From Octopus vulgaris (lineage: Eukaryota): a stretch of 64,000 bases of DNA. Made by a program: the position numbers and the translations under genes. The stretch lies in contig OX597815.1 of assembly GCA_951406725.2 (NCBI GenBank), forward strand, positions 180,606,001-180,670,000, read 5' to 3'. Below are positions 41,734 through 55,692 of this stretch, one piece after another (the first letter of the stretch is position 1; each line of letters starts with the position of its first letter). A model generated the notes under the pieces. That model did not search any database. It was not told the origin of the DNA and saw nothing but the letters and a program-made list of their open reading frames with translations.

Positions 41734-42103
41734 GTGGAGGCGCAATGGCCCACTGGTTAGGGCAGTTGACTCGCAGTCGTAGGATCGCGGTTTCGATTCC
41801 CAGACCTGGCGTTATGCGTGTTTATTGAGCGAAAACACCTAAAGCTCCACGAGACTCTGTCAGGGGGTGGTGGCAAACCCTGCTGTACTCTTACACCACA
41901 ACTTTCTCTCACTCTTTCTTCCTGATTCTGTTGTACCTGTATTTCAAAGGTCCAGCTTTGTCACACTCTGTGTTTCACGATGAACCTCCCCGAGAACTAC
42001 GTTAAGGGTACACGTTCAACCACTTGCACATCAATTTCACGAGCAAGCTGTTCAGTTGATCGGATCAACCAGAACATTCCTCGTCGAAACCGACGGAGTG
42101 CCA
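41734..42103 (+). mobile_element. SINE family C (tRNA-derived head GTGGAGGCGCAATGGCCC..TGGTTAGG)
   Basis: A/B boxes present. Related copies at 25848-26160(+), 31800-32130(+) and 50140-50434(-). Confidence 0.85.
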
Positions 42104-42859
42104 CGAATAATAACAATAATAAAACCAGGAACGTACAAAATTTTTGCTTAAAAAGAATTGTCGTCTCTTTCACTAACAATATGACAACAGTTTGGGTATC
42201 TTGCAATGGAGTTCAAAGCAGACTTAGGGTGGTTGAACAAAGAGAGAATAAAAGAGTAGAACTACCTTATAAAATATATAAATTCCAAATGGAAATACTT
42301 CATTCTTATCATTCTTTTATTCTTTTACTTGTTTCAGTCATTTGACTGCAGCTATGCTGGGGTACCACTTTTAGTCGAGCAAATCCACCCCAGGACTTAT
42401 TCATTGTAAGCCTGGTACTTATTCTATCGTTCTCTTTTGCCGAACCGCTAAGTTACGGGGACGTAACATGCCAACATCGGTGCAGAGGGGGACAAACACA
42501 AACACACAAACACACGCGCGCACACGTACGCACACACACACACATATATATATACGATGGGGCTTCTTTCAGTTTCCGTCTACCAAAACTACTCACAAGG
42601 CTTTGGTCGGCCTGAGGCTATAGCAAAAGGCACTTACACAAGGTGCCACGAGTGGGACTGAACCCGGGAAGCAAACTACTTACCACACCCCCACTCCTGC
42701 GCCTATATATATATATATATATATATATATGGTAGGGGGTAGCAGTATTCGAGGTGTGGCCGTACAAAGGAGGAGAAAAGTGAAGTGATGAGACCTTGTT
42801 CTCTGGACCGGAAGGTTCTTAAGATCCAGGAGCTCATCCTACGAGCTATCTCTTTCTCT

Positions 42860-43393
42860 TTTTCTCTCTTTTACTTGTTTCAGTCATTTGACTGCGGCCA
42901 TGCTGGAGCACCGCCTTCTAGTCGAGTAAATCGACCCCAGGACTTATTCTTTGTAAGCCTAGTACTTATTCTATCAGTCTCTTTTGCTGAACCGCTAAGT
43001 TACGGGGACGTAAACACACCAGCATCTGTTGTCAAGCAATGGTGGGGGGACAAACACAGACACACAAAAACATATACACACATATATATATATACATATA
43101 TACGACGGGCTTCTTCCAGTTTCCGTCTACCAAATCCACTCACAAGGCTTTGGTCGGCCCGAGGCTATAGTAGAAGACACTTGCCCAAGGTGCCACGCAA
43201 TGGGAATGGAGCCGGAACCATGTGGTTGGTGACGGACTTTTTTAGTTTCAGTCTACCAAATCCACTCACAAGGCTTTGGTCGGCTCGAGGCTATAGTAGA
43301 AGACACTTGCCCAAGGTGTCACGCAGTGGGACTGAACACGGAAGCATGTGGTTCGTAAGCAAGCTACTTACCACACAGCCATTCCTGCGCCTA
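42860..43393 (-). mobile_element. SINE family A copy with duplicated head
   Basis: The head segment TCAGT..TCTACCAAATCCACTCACAAGG...ATGTGGTT occurs twice (about 43110-43230 and 43245-43393). Confidence 0.9.
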
Positions 43394-43949
43394 TAGGGAA
43401 CAAGAAAAAAAATAATTGAAAAATATAAAAAACAACGAATTCGAAGCATAAATATTTACAGAAATTATCAACGACAGAGTACAACAGTTCTGAATTAAGT
43501 TTGTTTAAATTTGTCTCGTTTAAGTGACAAACCTGACCACAAACTGTTACACAGCCATCATGGGAAGAGGTGGGTAAGACAGCAGACTAAGACATTTTAC
43601 TTTCTTGCTTCGGGAGATGGAGACGCGAACGCGCGCGCACTGACGCACGCTGTATACACACACGCGTATACACAACAACCACGTACACACATACACGCAC
43701 ACACACAAACACACACACGTATACACGACATAAACACGTACACGTACACACACACAAATAGACACGTATACACATATACACGCACATACACAATTTGAAG
43801 GAGTTAAAACTTCACAGAAATGTGCTCGTATGATTATGTGTGTGTGAGAGAGAGAGAGTGTGTGTGTTGTGAGTGTGTATATATGATATATATACTTATA
43901 TATATACTTATATATATCATATATACACACTCAGACACACACACACACA

Positions 43950-43993
<44 letters not shown>

Positions 43994-44015
43994 TATATAT
44001 GTATATATACATATA

Positions 44016-44064
<49 letters not shown>

Positions 44065-44075
44065 CATATATATAC

Positions 44076-44123
<48 letters not shown>

Positions 44124-44290
44124 AAGAAAGAGTATGTGTGTGTGAGTGTATATATATATGATATATATAAGTAAATGTTTGTATAGATATATGTATATAT
44201 ATTTATATATATATATATGCATGTATTTGTATATATACATAAATACACACACATATATATATATGTATGTATATATATATACATACATAC

Positions 44291-44357
<67 letters not shown>

Positions 44358-44389
44358 TAGAATGAGATGGTTAACCATTCTCTCGCACC

Positions 44390-44440
44390 GTCTCTGATGA
44401 AGGGATATATAAAATATCCCGGAAACAGCTGCTGTAAGAC
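44390..44440 (+). ncRNA. Hammerhead ribozyme, canonical core (family F3)
   Basis: GTCT-CTGATGA-A-GGGATAT(ATAAA)ATATCCC-G-GAAAC-AGCTGCT-GTA-AGAC. Confidence 0.8.
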
Positions 44441-44704
44441 CTTCTCTTTATAAATGTTCTGAAATCCTTCGGGTTTTTTTTTTATCTCATTCTGTTAATT
44501 TTTTTATATATATGCCTGCTAATATATGGCCCATGTTGGACTCCTCATTTGCATAATCACTGAACCTGGAGCTGTCCATAGTCTGTCTTTAGCACTTACT
44601 CAGCATTACCTGACACCTTTGGGTCTTCTTGATACCATTACCTCTCATAACCTTTATATATATATATATATTTGGGTCTTCTTGATACCATTACCTCTCA
44701 TAAC

Positions 44705-44825
<121 letters not shown>

Positions 44826-44928
44826 CTTTATAGAATTGAAGATAAAATCACTTTAATTATTATATCAAGTGGTCAGCATGGAATAAAAAAAAACCTTGTA
44901 GGTAATTTATATACTAAATTAATAATTA

Positions 44929-45019
<91 letters not shown>

Positions 45020-45194
45020 ATATATATATGTATATTTATAATTTTCCCGCTTACAACTTGTTTTTGTTGGAGTTGTACGGTGACATTTTAGCGCATTTGG
45101 CGTATATTTTTAGCATGTTGGAGAAGGTTCTTTCCTGAACCCTTTGATACAATTATATATATAATTATTAATTTAGTATATATATATAATTCAA

Positions 45195-45402
45195 ACAAGG
45201 TGACCGTCCAGAAGAGTTGCAGGAGATTCTAAAGTTGTCTGGAGGCCGTAGTGGAAGCCAATGGCGATTTTATTGAATAAATTTACTCTTTAGTATTTCA
45301 AGATATTTTTATGTAATTTAAGCAAATATATATTTAAAATGAGATGTCAGTGTTATCTTCATTTTTGTTTAATTTAGACGACAATTTATTCCCCTCACCC
45401 TT
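45195..45402 (+). mobile_element. 3' end relic of a Tc1/mariner element
   Basis: Translates to TVQKSCRRF*SCLEAVVEANGDFIE*, a typical Tc1/mariner C-terminus, followed by a TIR-like ...CCCCTCACCCT. Confidence 0.65.
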
Positions 45403-45418
45403 AATATATATGTATGTG

Positions 45419-45477
<59 letters not shown>

Positions 45478-45615
45478 TGTGTGTGTATATATACATATAT
45501 ATATATAAAATTTAATAAGGTTAGAAATTGATATTAATCAATTAAAATCAGTGGCCTAGCATATTAAAAAAATCCAAATATTTACATACATACATATGTA
45601 TATACATACTTATGT

Positions 45616-45665
<50 letters not shown>

Positions 45666-45878
45666 ATATAGATAGATAGATATGAATATATGTGGATGGG
45701 TGGATGGGTGCGCGTGCTTGTCTATGTGTATGCGGAGGAGAAAGAAAAATGAAGATAAATGAAAGTGATAGAGCGGTAACGTGAGAGGGTGAAAAAGTTA
45801 TTAGAATGTTTGGAAAGAGAGATGTGTAGGTTTATTTCAGCATCCTATTGTAACTGTAATTATAATCTGCATATAGAT

Positions 45879-45930
<52 letters not shown>

Positions 45931-46027
45931 ACACTTACACACACACATACACATACACGCAGGGTTCTTCATTCACATGCAATACTTTCCTTTCACGTTA
46001 CAAAGTTATAAGACACACACACCCACA

Positions 46028-46092
<65 letters not shown>

Positions 46093-46530
46093 ATACACAC
46101 ACATACACATACACACACTTAATGCTTTGTAAGTACTTAAACACATGCAAACCCAAAATGTATGAAAAGAAAACGCAACATAGCTGAAGTGCATTGGGAC
46201 GGAGGCATTTTCAGCTTCGGGGAAATAGAGAAAGGATTTTTCTGTCAACTGGTATTGAGGTTAAAGTAGGGGAAGAGGTGGTAGGAGATAACAATGGCAC
46301 TGGGGGTTTAAATCTTTATTCATTGACATGCCTAGCCAACCCCGGGACCTAAAACCGCCGCCGCCGCCGCCACCCCCAACCACTAACACACAATCATCAC
46401 GAAACAAAAAGAAAGAAAGGGAAAACACGATCAGCATACAAAAAAAAAATAATATAAAATAAAACGAAAGAAAACAAAAAACAAAAAAAAAACGATGAAC
46501 AGCACACAAAACAATGAAACCATTGCCATT

Positions 46531-46609
46531 AGCAGCAGCAGCAGCAGCAGAAGAAGAAGAAGAAGAAGAAGAAGAAGAAGAAGAAGAAGAAGAAGAAGAA
46601 GAAGAAGAA
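46531..46609. repeat. (AGC)n(AGA)n trinucleotide repeat
   Basis: Direct reading. Confidence 0.98.
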
Positions 46610-46788
46610 TGGTAAGGAAAGGAAAAACGACAATATTTAGAAAAATATATAAAAAAGGGATCAGAAAAGTAGTGAATAGAAGAATACAACAATATACATA
46701 CATACACATACAAGCATATGCATACACACTCACACATATATATGAATACATACATACATATGTATATATATATATATCCACATATATT

Positions 46789-46843
<55 letters not shown>

Positions 46844-47098
46844 TTATGTATATATGCATATATATATACATAAACACACACATATATATACACACACACG
46901 CATATATATATATATATATAAATACACACACACATATATATACACACACACGCATATATATATATATATATAAATACATACATATAGATATATACATATA
47001 AATATTTATATAATATATATGCGTATATATATGTATGTATATATAGATAGATAAATAGATAGATAGACAGATATATACATTCGTACACATACACACAC

Positions 47099-47129
<31 letters not shown>

Positions 47130-47177
47130 GCATATACAGACACGCGCACATACGCATACACACATGCACACACACAT

Positions 47178-47212
<35 letters not shown>

Positions 47213-47365
47213 AAGAAAATGGAAGCACGTTAAAGCCATGACTGAATGTCGAGAGAAATGTTGTTTCAGACGCTTCTAACTATATTTTTGTATTGTACTT
47301 GTATTTGTCTTTCTTCTTCTTCTACTTGCTGTTGTTGTTGTTGTTGTTGTTGCAGTTGCTGTAGT

Positions 47366-47397
<32 letters not shown>

Positions 47398-47873
47398 CTG
47401 CTGTTGTTAGTAGTGGTTGTTGTTGTTGTTGTTGCTTAAGTTTTTAGCTGCAGAGACGACGAAATGTACTTTTAGTGAACTATCTTGCTTACAATTTACA
47501 AAGCCCTAAACAAAGCTCAGACAACGACAAATGGGAGCTCCAGAAAGTCAGGGCTACATCTCTAATACAGCGAAATAGATAAATATATGAGTAAGTAGGG
47601 GTTGCGGCGGCGGGTGGAGGGAGGGGAGACGAAAAGAGAAGAAAACTGCAGCGCGATGAGAATTCGCTCCACGAAATCTTAAAAAACGAAAACATTTACG
47701 CATTCAATCTTCGCTTTGTTTTCTCACTGCATTAAAAAGCGATTATACATATATAGGCGCAGGCGTGGCTGTATGGTAAGAATATTGCTTCCCAACCACA
47801 TGGTTCCGGGTTCAATCCCACTGCATGGCAGCTTTGGCAGACGGAAACTGAGAGAAGGCTGTCGTGTGTGTGG

Positions 47874-47905
<32 letters not shown>

Positions 47906-48005
47906 CGTAAATCCCCAAAAGAAGAACAAATGCAAAAAACACAACAACGCGACCACGTGGTACATGTAAAGTATGAGCAGACGCTCAGGGAAGAAAAGGA
48001 AGATG

Positions 48006-48041
48006 GCTTAACGTTTCGAGCAAATGCTCTTCTTCGGAAAC
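48006..48041 (-). ncRNA. Hammerhead motif, U4C variant (family F2)
   Basis: GTTT-CCGAAGA-A-GAGC(ATTT)GCTC-GAAAC-GTT-AAGC. Confidence 0.65.
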
Positions 48042-48063
48042 AGAGAAATGTGGTTTTATTTTG

Positions 48064-48124
<61 letters not shown>

Positions 48125-48351
48125 AATATATACATAGATATATATAAATATATAGATACATTAATACACATTCATCCACATACTCGTAACATAGCGGTTC
48201 GCTAAAAGAGACCGATAGAATATGTACTAGGCTTACGAAGAACAAGTCCTGGGGTCGATTTGTTCGACTAAAGGCGGCGCTCCAGCATGGCTGCAATCAA
48301 ATGACTGAAACTAATAAAAGAATATATATATAGATGGATAGATAGATAGAC

Positions 48352-48416
<65 letters not shown>

Positions 48417-48661
48417 CGACGGTCTTCTTTCAGTTTCCTTCTACGAAATCCACTCAAAAGGCTTTAATCGGCCCAACGCTATAGTAGAAGACACTTGCCC
48501 AATGTGCCACGATATGGGATTGAGCCAGGAACCATGTGGTTGGTAAGCAAGCTTCTTACCACACAGCCACTCCTGCGCCTCGACTGAAAAGTATTGAGTG
48601 ATCCTTTAGTTCAATGTTAACTTGTTGTAATAGGTGACTTGGCATTTCTTCTTTTCTTTTT

Positions 48662-48917
48662 TGTTCTTTTAGTTCAGCTCGAGAGTTGTGGCCATGCTGG
48701 GGCACCACCGTTAGCGTTGCTACACTTTCACTACTTAAAACCCCCTCTGATATGTGGCATTTGGTGAATGAAGGATTTTGATGTTACTACCCTCATCTGT
48801 TTCCTGTCGCGAGGTAGGTTCATCCAGAACTCTTGACTAGAGAATATCCGGTTTTGTTTTGAAGATCCCCACATTCACTCCATGTAGGTCTCTCAGATTT
48901 TGTGGGAAGACCTTGAA
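48662..48917 (-). mobile_element. 3' end of a CR1/L2-group LINE
   Basis: The minus strand reads VFPQNLRDLHGVNVGIFKTKPDIL*SRVLDEP...SKSFIHQ, then the tail GGTGGTGCCCCAGCATGGCCACAACT..GCTGAACTAAAAG. Confidence 0.75.
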
Positions 48918-49068
48918 AAGCTGTAGGTCATTGAAACTGAAGCGGTTGCAAAAGACAACAAACAATATATATATATAGGGAGAGTTTACGGAAAAAACAA
49001 AAGACGAAGACAGGTGGTGTACAAAACAAACAGATGTATTAGTATAACGCTCAGGAATAGAAAAAAGT

Positions 49069-49104
49069 ATTTTACGTTTCGAGCCTACGCTCTTCTACAG
49101 AAAG
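49069..49104 (-). ncRNA. Hammerhead-like motif, A6U variant (family F1)
   Basis: CTTT-CTGTAGA-A-GAGC(GTAG)GCTC-GAAAC-GTA-AAAT. Confidence 0.58.
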
Positions 49105-49394
49105 GGACACAGAAAAAAACAAGGAGAGAAACAAGGAGAGAAAAAAATGTGTGTAGTGGCTAACGATCTATCAATCTTTTACATGTTTCAATCATTAGAC
49201 TGCGGCGATACTGTAGCACCACCTAGAAGAATTTTAGTCGAACGAATTGATATGTATGCATGCCAATACATACGCGCGCGCACGTCTTTTAAAGCCAAAA
49301 ATGTTGGAGACTAAGAGTTTGCATTTTCTGAGAGAATTCTGTTAATCTTGTTGTGTCTTGGAAGGTTCATTACGCCAATAACAAAAATACAACA

Positions 49395-49475
<81 letters not shown>

Positions 49476-49706
49476 TTAAATTTGTCAGCTGGCTTACAGT
49501 CTGACATAACAATTCCTCCCAAGACACAAGATTTGTTTCGACACAAATTCGCATCAAGAATTTTGCAAACCAAATACGAAGTCTTTACACTGTACATCAT
49601 TTGAAACTATAATAAACAGATTGTAATACATTTCTTTGCTATTTTCTCTTAAGTTCTTCATATATGCCGAAGCATTTTCACAAAGAGAACCTATTACCGA
49701 ATTTAA

Positions 49707-51716
49707 TCCTTTTAAAATAGTTGACGTAAATATACGCACGCAATGTACATGCTTTAAATCGGTCGACGTAATTATTCGCCACCTGACTTAGAACTTGTCG
49801 CCTGAGCTAGTACCGGTCCGCCTGCCAACTGATAGGCCGATTAGATGTTTCGTCGAATTTACGGTCGTTGCGCCAAGCTCCACCAAGCTCCACCACCTCG
49901 CCAGTTGTTTCTTCCGGCTCCGACAATGAGACTCGGAGAGTATTTTCCTAGTTCAGAATCATACGATTCCGGTGAATCAAAGGTACTGGCAGACAACAGA
50001 ATGTCGTGTGGCGAGTGAGAGACAATTTCGTCCGACGGCATGGGTTTACTGGTACGCCTGGTATAAAAGCAAACCTTGAACATGAAAGTTCACCATTGGA
50101 AATCTTCCACAACTTTTTGACAGATGAAATGTTCCAATGAAAGGAGCACTCCGTCGGTTACGACGACGAGGGTCCCAGCTGATACGATTAACGGAACAGC
50201 TTCTTCGTGAAAATAACGTGCAAGTGGCTGAGCACTCCACAGAGACGTGTACCCTTAATGTAGTTTTCTGGGATATTCAGCGTGACACAAGTACTACTCA
50301 TTTTTGCCAGCTAAGTGGACTGGAACAACGTGAAGTGAAGTGTTTTGCTGAAGGACACAATGCGTTGCCGGGAATTGAACTCGCGATCTTACGATCGTGA
50401 GCCGATGCCCTGACCACTAAGCCACGCGCTTTCATATTATATAGCGGTCGAAACGAATAACTATGCTGAAAACCATCCCCAGTATGTCAGACCTGGGCAT
50501 GGCGGTGACTGGTTTCCAACCGCAGGGGATCAACTCAAAGATCTGCTTGTCCAGCTGATACTGGTTGGCATCGTGAAGAAACCGACCCTGGCGTCATATT
50601 GGAATCGGGATCCAGCCACGTCAACAACTTTCTTTCCGGAAACGATGCGACGTGATAGAGTTTTGCCACAAAAGTCTTTTTTGCTTGTTTGTTTTTTGGT
50701 TCTTTTCATAGTTGTATGAATTTCCATGCCTGGAGTACAAATTTGCAAAAAATTTTTTGAAAATGTCAAAAAAAAAAATAAATAAAACTGAGGGATTATA
50801 TGGGGTGCTTAAAACAGAATTCCACCTGGTTCTCGTCCTGATGCAATAATGAACTATACAGTTGAAGAGAAGAGATTATTGGAATTAGTCATTACTCGTT
50901 TTGCCCCGATTAAGACATAATTTTTTGAAAACTGGAACATTATCAAATTGGACATCAACATGAGAAAAAATTGATGTACAGTCGAACAGAGAAAAGAATA
51001 TTGATTGTTAAACACCAAGAGGATCGTGGGAAAATGATACATGACCTGAAATTACTAAAACTTTAACTAAATCTAAAAACTCAACATAAAATATTCTCTA
51101 TAGTTTCTTCACAATCTGCAGAAGTGGCTCTCTTCATTGATATATTCACACACCATACAGTTAAAGAGAAGAAATTACTGATATAAGTCATTACTCATTT
51201 TGCCCCAGTTTAGTCATCCATATTTGAAAATTTGAAAATTATCAAATTAGATATTGGTGTGTGAAAAAATTGACTTGGAGTCCACGCCGACTCTTTTCTC
51301 ACCGCATGGTGAAGGGATGTGGCCAAGAAGACAAACGCTTCAAAAAGATGCACAGCATGTAAAGCAAATGGGAAACGTAAGGAAACTAAATACCATTGTT
51401 CACAATGTGATATGCCACTGTGTGTGGTGCCCTGGTTTGAACTCTAGCACACTAAAGTCAGTTTTTGAATTGACGTGATTGTAAATACATGAAGTTGATC
51501 TGATTTGTGCTGTCGAGTGATTTTATTCAGGAATAATAACCTCATGAGCATCCTCTGCACTGCGATATAGTTTATGTAAATAAGCAGTGCTTGCACTAAA
51601 GCGGTTGACGTAAATATACGCTGAGCGTTATCTCGCATTGAGTGCTGACCTCAATCGACGCCATTACCGTTGCCGCTTGCGCGCAAGCAGTCGAATTAAT
51701 CGCCGCCGTGAACTGG
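49707..51716 (+). mobile_element. Decayed, internally deleted piggyBac-family transposon
   Basis: Plus-strand fragments translate to RRHGFTGTPGIKANLEHESSPLEIFHNFLTDEMF (about 50033-50134), IAVETNNYA...WFPT...LILVGIVKKPTLASYWNRD...ETMRRDR (about 50440-50660) and a cysteine-rich tail [37 protein letters not shown] (about 51344-51457). TTAA lies at 49703-49706 and 51717-51720, and GTTGACGTAAATATACGC is repeated near both ends. A SINE interrupts it at 50140-50434. Ends are uncertain. Confidence 0.88.
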
Positions 51717-52956
51717 TTAAGCGGCTGGTGTAAATATACGCTGAACCATTGTCGTGCGCCAATTGCTGATCTCAGCCGAGATGATTACCTATTTCTTTAC
51801 TACCCACAAGGAGCTAAACACAGAGAGGACAAACAAGGACAGACAAAACAGATTAAGTCGATTATATCGACCCCAGTGCGTAACTGGTACTTATTTAATC
51901 GACCCTGAAAGGATGAAAGGCAAAGTCGACCTCGGCGGAATTTGAACTCAGAACGTAACGGCAGACGAAATACGACTACGCATTTCGCCCGGTGTGCTAA
52001 CGTTTCTGCCAGCTCACCGAGGTGATTACCGTCAATGCAACCTAGTTGCTTGATAAAAAAGAAAAACAAAAACAAAAAAAAAACGTTGTCATGAGGTTAA
52101 TGATGAAAATGTTGTTGGTGATGATGACGACGACGACGAATACAACTTCGGTGTCAATGAATAATGACTGATGATGATGATGACGACGACGATGATAAAT
52201 CAGTTGTGCGATCAACTGAATGGCTCCTCGCTAAATTAACGTGTAAACGGCTGAGTATACCTCAGACACATGTGCCGTTAATATGTTCTCAGGTCGAATC
52301 CACGTGATGCAATATGCAGTAAAGCTGGATGTTTAAATTAACTGCACAATCTCCCCAATGAGGTTTTACACAGATTCCATCGACCCGACTTTGATCATAA
52401 ACTCTGGGTTGACTCTTGGTTGTGATAAAAGACATTTGTCCAAAACGTCACTCATTGAAGTCAACGTCAGAAACTCATGAATGCGAAACGAACTTCTTGA
52501 CCAATCTGCTGTGCGCGACACACGCATGTGCACACATACACACACGTACACACACAAACATACACACACATGCACGCACATACACAAATCCAAGCATGCA
52601 CACACGCACACACACATTAGGTCAAGCGACACATACATACACTCACAATCATACACATAGACACAACTCCATGATCAGTAATGGGAAATGAACACACTAG
52701 GCTTTACAACATGTTTGTGACATATCTTAATTTCTAAAGGTAATTGATCTCTTATCGCTATTCCCTACGAAAGCTTAACGAGCTAGAAATGCTTCTAGAG
52801 GCCTAACAGAGGGCACCACTGAGCTGATAATAGTGTATTTACACCTTTTACCACAAGTGAGAGTTTTCTTCTCCAAGGTAAGCTGCATTTGAAATTGCTT
52901 TTAGAAGTTGAAATACGCCACAAACATATTTGAACAAACCTTAGGTTTGTTTATAC

Positions 52957-53404
52957 CAGGGATGGGCAACTTTTCGTCAACTGGGGCCGCATCTTACCAT
53001 TTCCAAGTGGTAGAAGGCCGCACGATAAAACACATATGCATGAAATATTACTTGCTCATTTCACACTGAATGTTTCTGTAGTTCTTCTTAATTTTATTTG
53101 TCTTAGTATGAGAGTTTGCGAAGGGTGTATGAAACGTTTTGAGCCTTGAAGTCTTTGAGCCTTGAAGTCTTGTACCTTCATCAGAAGTCTTGTACCATGA
53201 CTTTTTTTTAGTTTGAGGCTCAAGACTTTTCATACACCCCCTCGAACATTAAGCTCGCATCTCTTTCCTTATTTCCTAATGATAATGATAAGGTTAATAA
53301 TTGGAAAATTTGAGAAAAAGTTTTCGCTTGTAAAAATTAGTGACCTAGAAACACATCAAGCACCGCACAACAACATGTCGAGGGCCGCAGGTTGCCCATG
53401 CATG
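52957..53404. mobile_element. hAT MITE containing a nested mini-mariner
   Basis: CAGGGATGGGCAAC ... GTTGCCCATGCATG with TSD GTTTATAC/GTTTATAA and subterminal GGGCCGCA motifs. Confidence 0.8.
53119..53244. mobile_element. Mariner-TIR mini-MITE remnant
   Basis: Left CGAAGGGTGTATGAAACGTTTTGAGCCT versus right (reverse complement) CGAGGGGGTGTATGAAAAGTCTTGAGCCT. Confidence 0.65.
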
Positions 53405-53853
53405 GTTTATAAGCTTAACTGCTGAGTTATTGAGGGCGATCTGTGATTAAATATCTCGCTGAGATGATGTAAGATTGTGCATTTACCCAGAGTATGTTTC
53501 TGTGCGCACGTATGTGTGTGTTTCTGTGTGTATCTGATACACACAGCCTTGGTAGACGGAAACTGAAAGAAGCCTGTCGTAATCTTCTCTTAACGAGTGA
53601 AGGTGAACTTTTTGTAATATCTATGTAGGAATCTTTACTGGTTGCACACCCGAGACATTTTGATATTCCACCTGTAAATTATGAACGTTACGATTTTTAA
53701 GTAATCCCGAGCTTCTTAAAACAGCTGTCGGGTTAAGAAATTATGTATTCTCTTTTTAGTATTAATTTCTTAACTTTATGTAAATATGTTTGCGTGTATA
53801 TGTATGTATGTATATGTTTATCTTTCTGAATACATTTAGATATACGTGTCTAT

Positions 53854-53907
<54 letters not shown>

Positions 53908-54247
53908 TCTTTTATTCTTTTACTTTTAGTCGAAGAAATCGATCCCTGGACTTATTTAGTGGTACTTACTCTATCGGACTCTTTTGTCGAACCGCTAAGT
54001 TACGGGGACGTAAACAAACCAGCATCGATAGTCAAGCGATGGTGGAGGTACAAACACAGAGATGAACACGCGAATGTATATATATATATATATACGACAG
54101 GCTTCTTTCGGTTTCCGTCTACCAAATCCAGTCACAGGGCTGTGGTCGGCCCGAGGCTATAGCAGAAGACACTTGCCCAAGGTGCCACGCACTGGAACTG
54201 AAACCAGAAGCATGTGGATGGGAAGCAAGCTTCTTACCCACAGCTAC

Positions 54248-54280
<33 letters not shown>

Positions 54281-55283
54281 TGTATGTATGTATGTATGTA
54301 TGTATGTATGTATGCATGTATGTACGTATGTATGCATGTGTGTATGTATGTATGTGTGTGTATGTATGTGTGTGTGCGTGCGTGCACGCGTGAAGCCTAA
54401 TTGTATTTATCTGCATTACTACATTTATGCATGTGTGTGTGTGAGCGTTGTGTGTGTCTTTGTGTCTGTGTTTGTGCCCCCACTACTCCCGCTTGATAAC
54501 TGGTTATAGTTCGCTTACGTCCCCGTAACCCAGCGGTTCGGTAAAACAAAGCGATAAATTTAGTACCAGGCTTTAAAAAGAAAAAACGTCCTATGGATCG
54601 ATTCATTCGACTATGATTTCTTCAAGGCGGTGCCCCAGCACGGCCGCAGTCTAATGAGTGAAAACAAGTAAAAGAGAAAAGAAAAAATAAATAAAATATG
54701 GCTTATTTTAGAAAATGTGAAAGCTTAACGATTCGTGAACCGAAAGATTGTCAGCGAATGACAACTGAATGCCAGAAAATGAGATCACAGTATTAAAGAA
54801 ATTATCCTGAACCACAAAGTTTTATACCGTAAAGCGTATGAAACCACAATATATTGCAGAGACCCTGTATCTAAAGTCTAGACAAACAAGCAGCAGTCTT
54901 CGGTCGCCGCTAAGAAAATATACCTATTTGTCTGAAAGCTTAGACAATCACAGAGAGACAAACATTACAATAATATCCGTTAATCATACCCCATGCAAGC
55001 TTTCGGAATAAAAGTTTCAGATATACACTTTTCGCAATAAAGAAATATTAAATTTAACAACGGGAGTAAGATCAAGAAAAGATTAACTTCCTAAGAAGTA
55101 TGATATTTTGTTCGTACTATTTTGATTGTCCTTTTTTTTTAGATTGTTTTCTTCTTTAATTCTATTTATATAGGCTGTGTGGTTAAGAAGTTCACTTGAC
55201 AACCACGTGGTCTTCGGCTCATTTCCGCTGCGGGGCATCTTGCCTTGTGAGTGAATTTAATCGACGGAAATATTGTGGAAATC

Positions 55284-55321
<38 letters not shown>

Positions 55322-55411
55322 AGAGTTTACGAAAAAAACCCAAAAGACTAAGACAGGTGGTGTACAAAACAAACAGATGCATCAGTATAACTCTCAGGAA
55401 TAGAAAAAAGT

Positions 55412-55447
55412 CTTTTACGTTTCGAGCCTACGCTCTTCTACAGAAAA
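55412..55447 (-). ncRNA. Hammerhead-like motif, A6U variant (family F1)
   Basis: TTTT-CTGTAGA-A-GAGC(GTAG)GCTC-GAAAC-GTA-AAAG. Confidence 0.58.
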
Positions 55448-55657
55448 GGACACAAAAAAAAACAAGGAGAGAAAAAATGCGTGTAGTGGCTAACGATCTA
55501 TCATGGCGATATATATATATATATACATACACACACACTTATATATATAGTAAATAAAAAAGACAAAAACGATGAACAGACACAAGAAAAATACAACAAC
55601 GCGAGGACGTGGTACATGCAAAGTATTGGCAGACGCTCAGGGAAGGAAAGAAATATG

Positions 55658-55692
55658 GTTTTACGTTTCGAGCAAAGCTCTTCGTCAGAAAC
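55658..55692 (-). ncRNA. Minimal hammerhead ribozyme, canonical core (family F2)
   Basis: GTTT-CTGACGA-A-GAGC(TTT)GCTC-GAAAC-GTA-AAAC; stems I and II perfectly paired. Confidence 0.8.

Noticed and set aside
42785-43396. Recurrent peptides such as [23 protein letters not shown] and TGTYLIDPERMKGKVDLGGI
   Set aside because: They are read-throughs of SINE A and SINE B consensus sequence.
46261-47205. 314-aa ORF with poly-S/A/G tracts
   Set aside because: It is built from di- and trinucleotide repeats, with no domain or splice support.
53165-53190. Minus-strand CTGATGA inside short direct repeats
   Set aside because: It lies within a mariner-TIR remnant and has no hammerhead stems.
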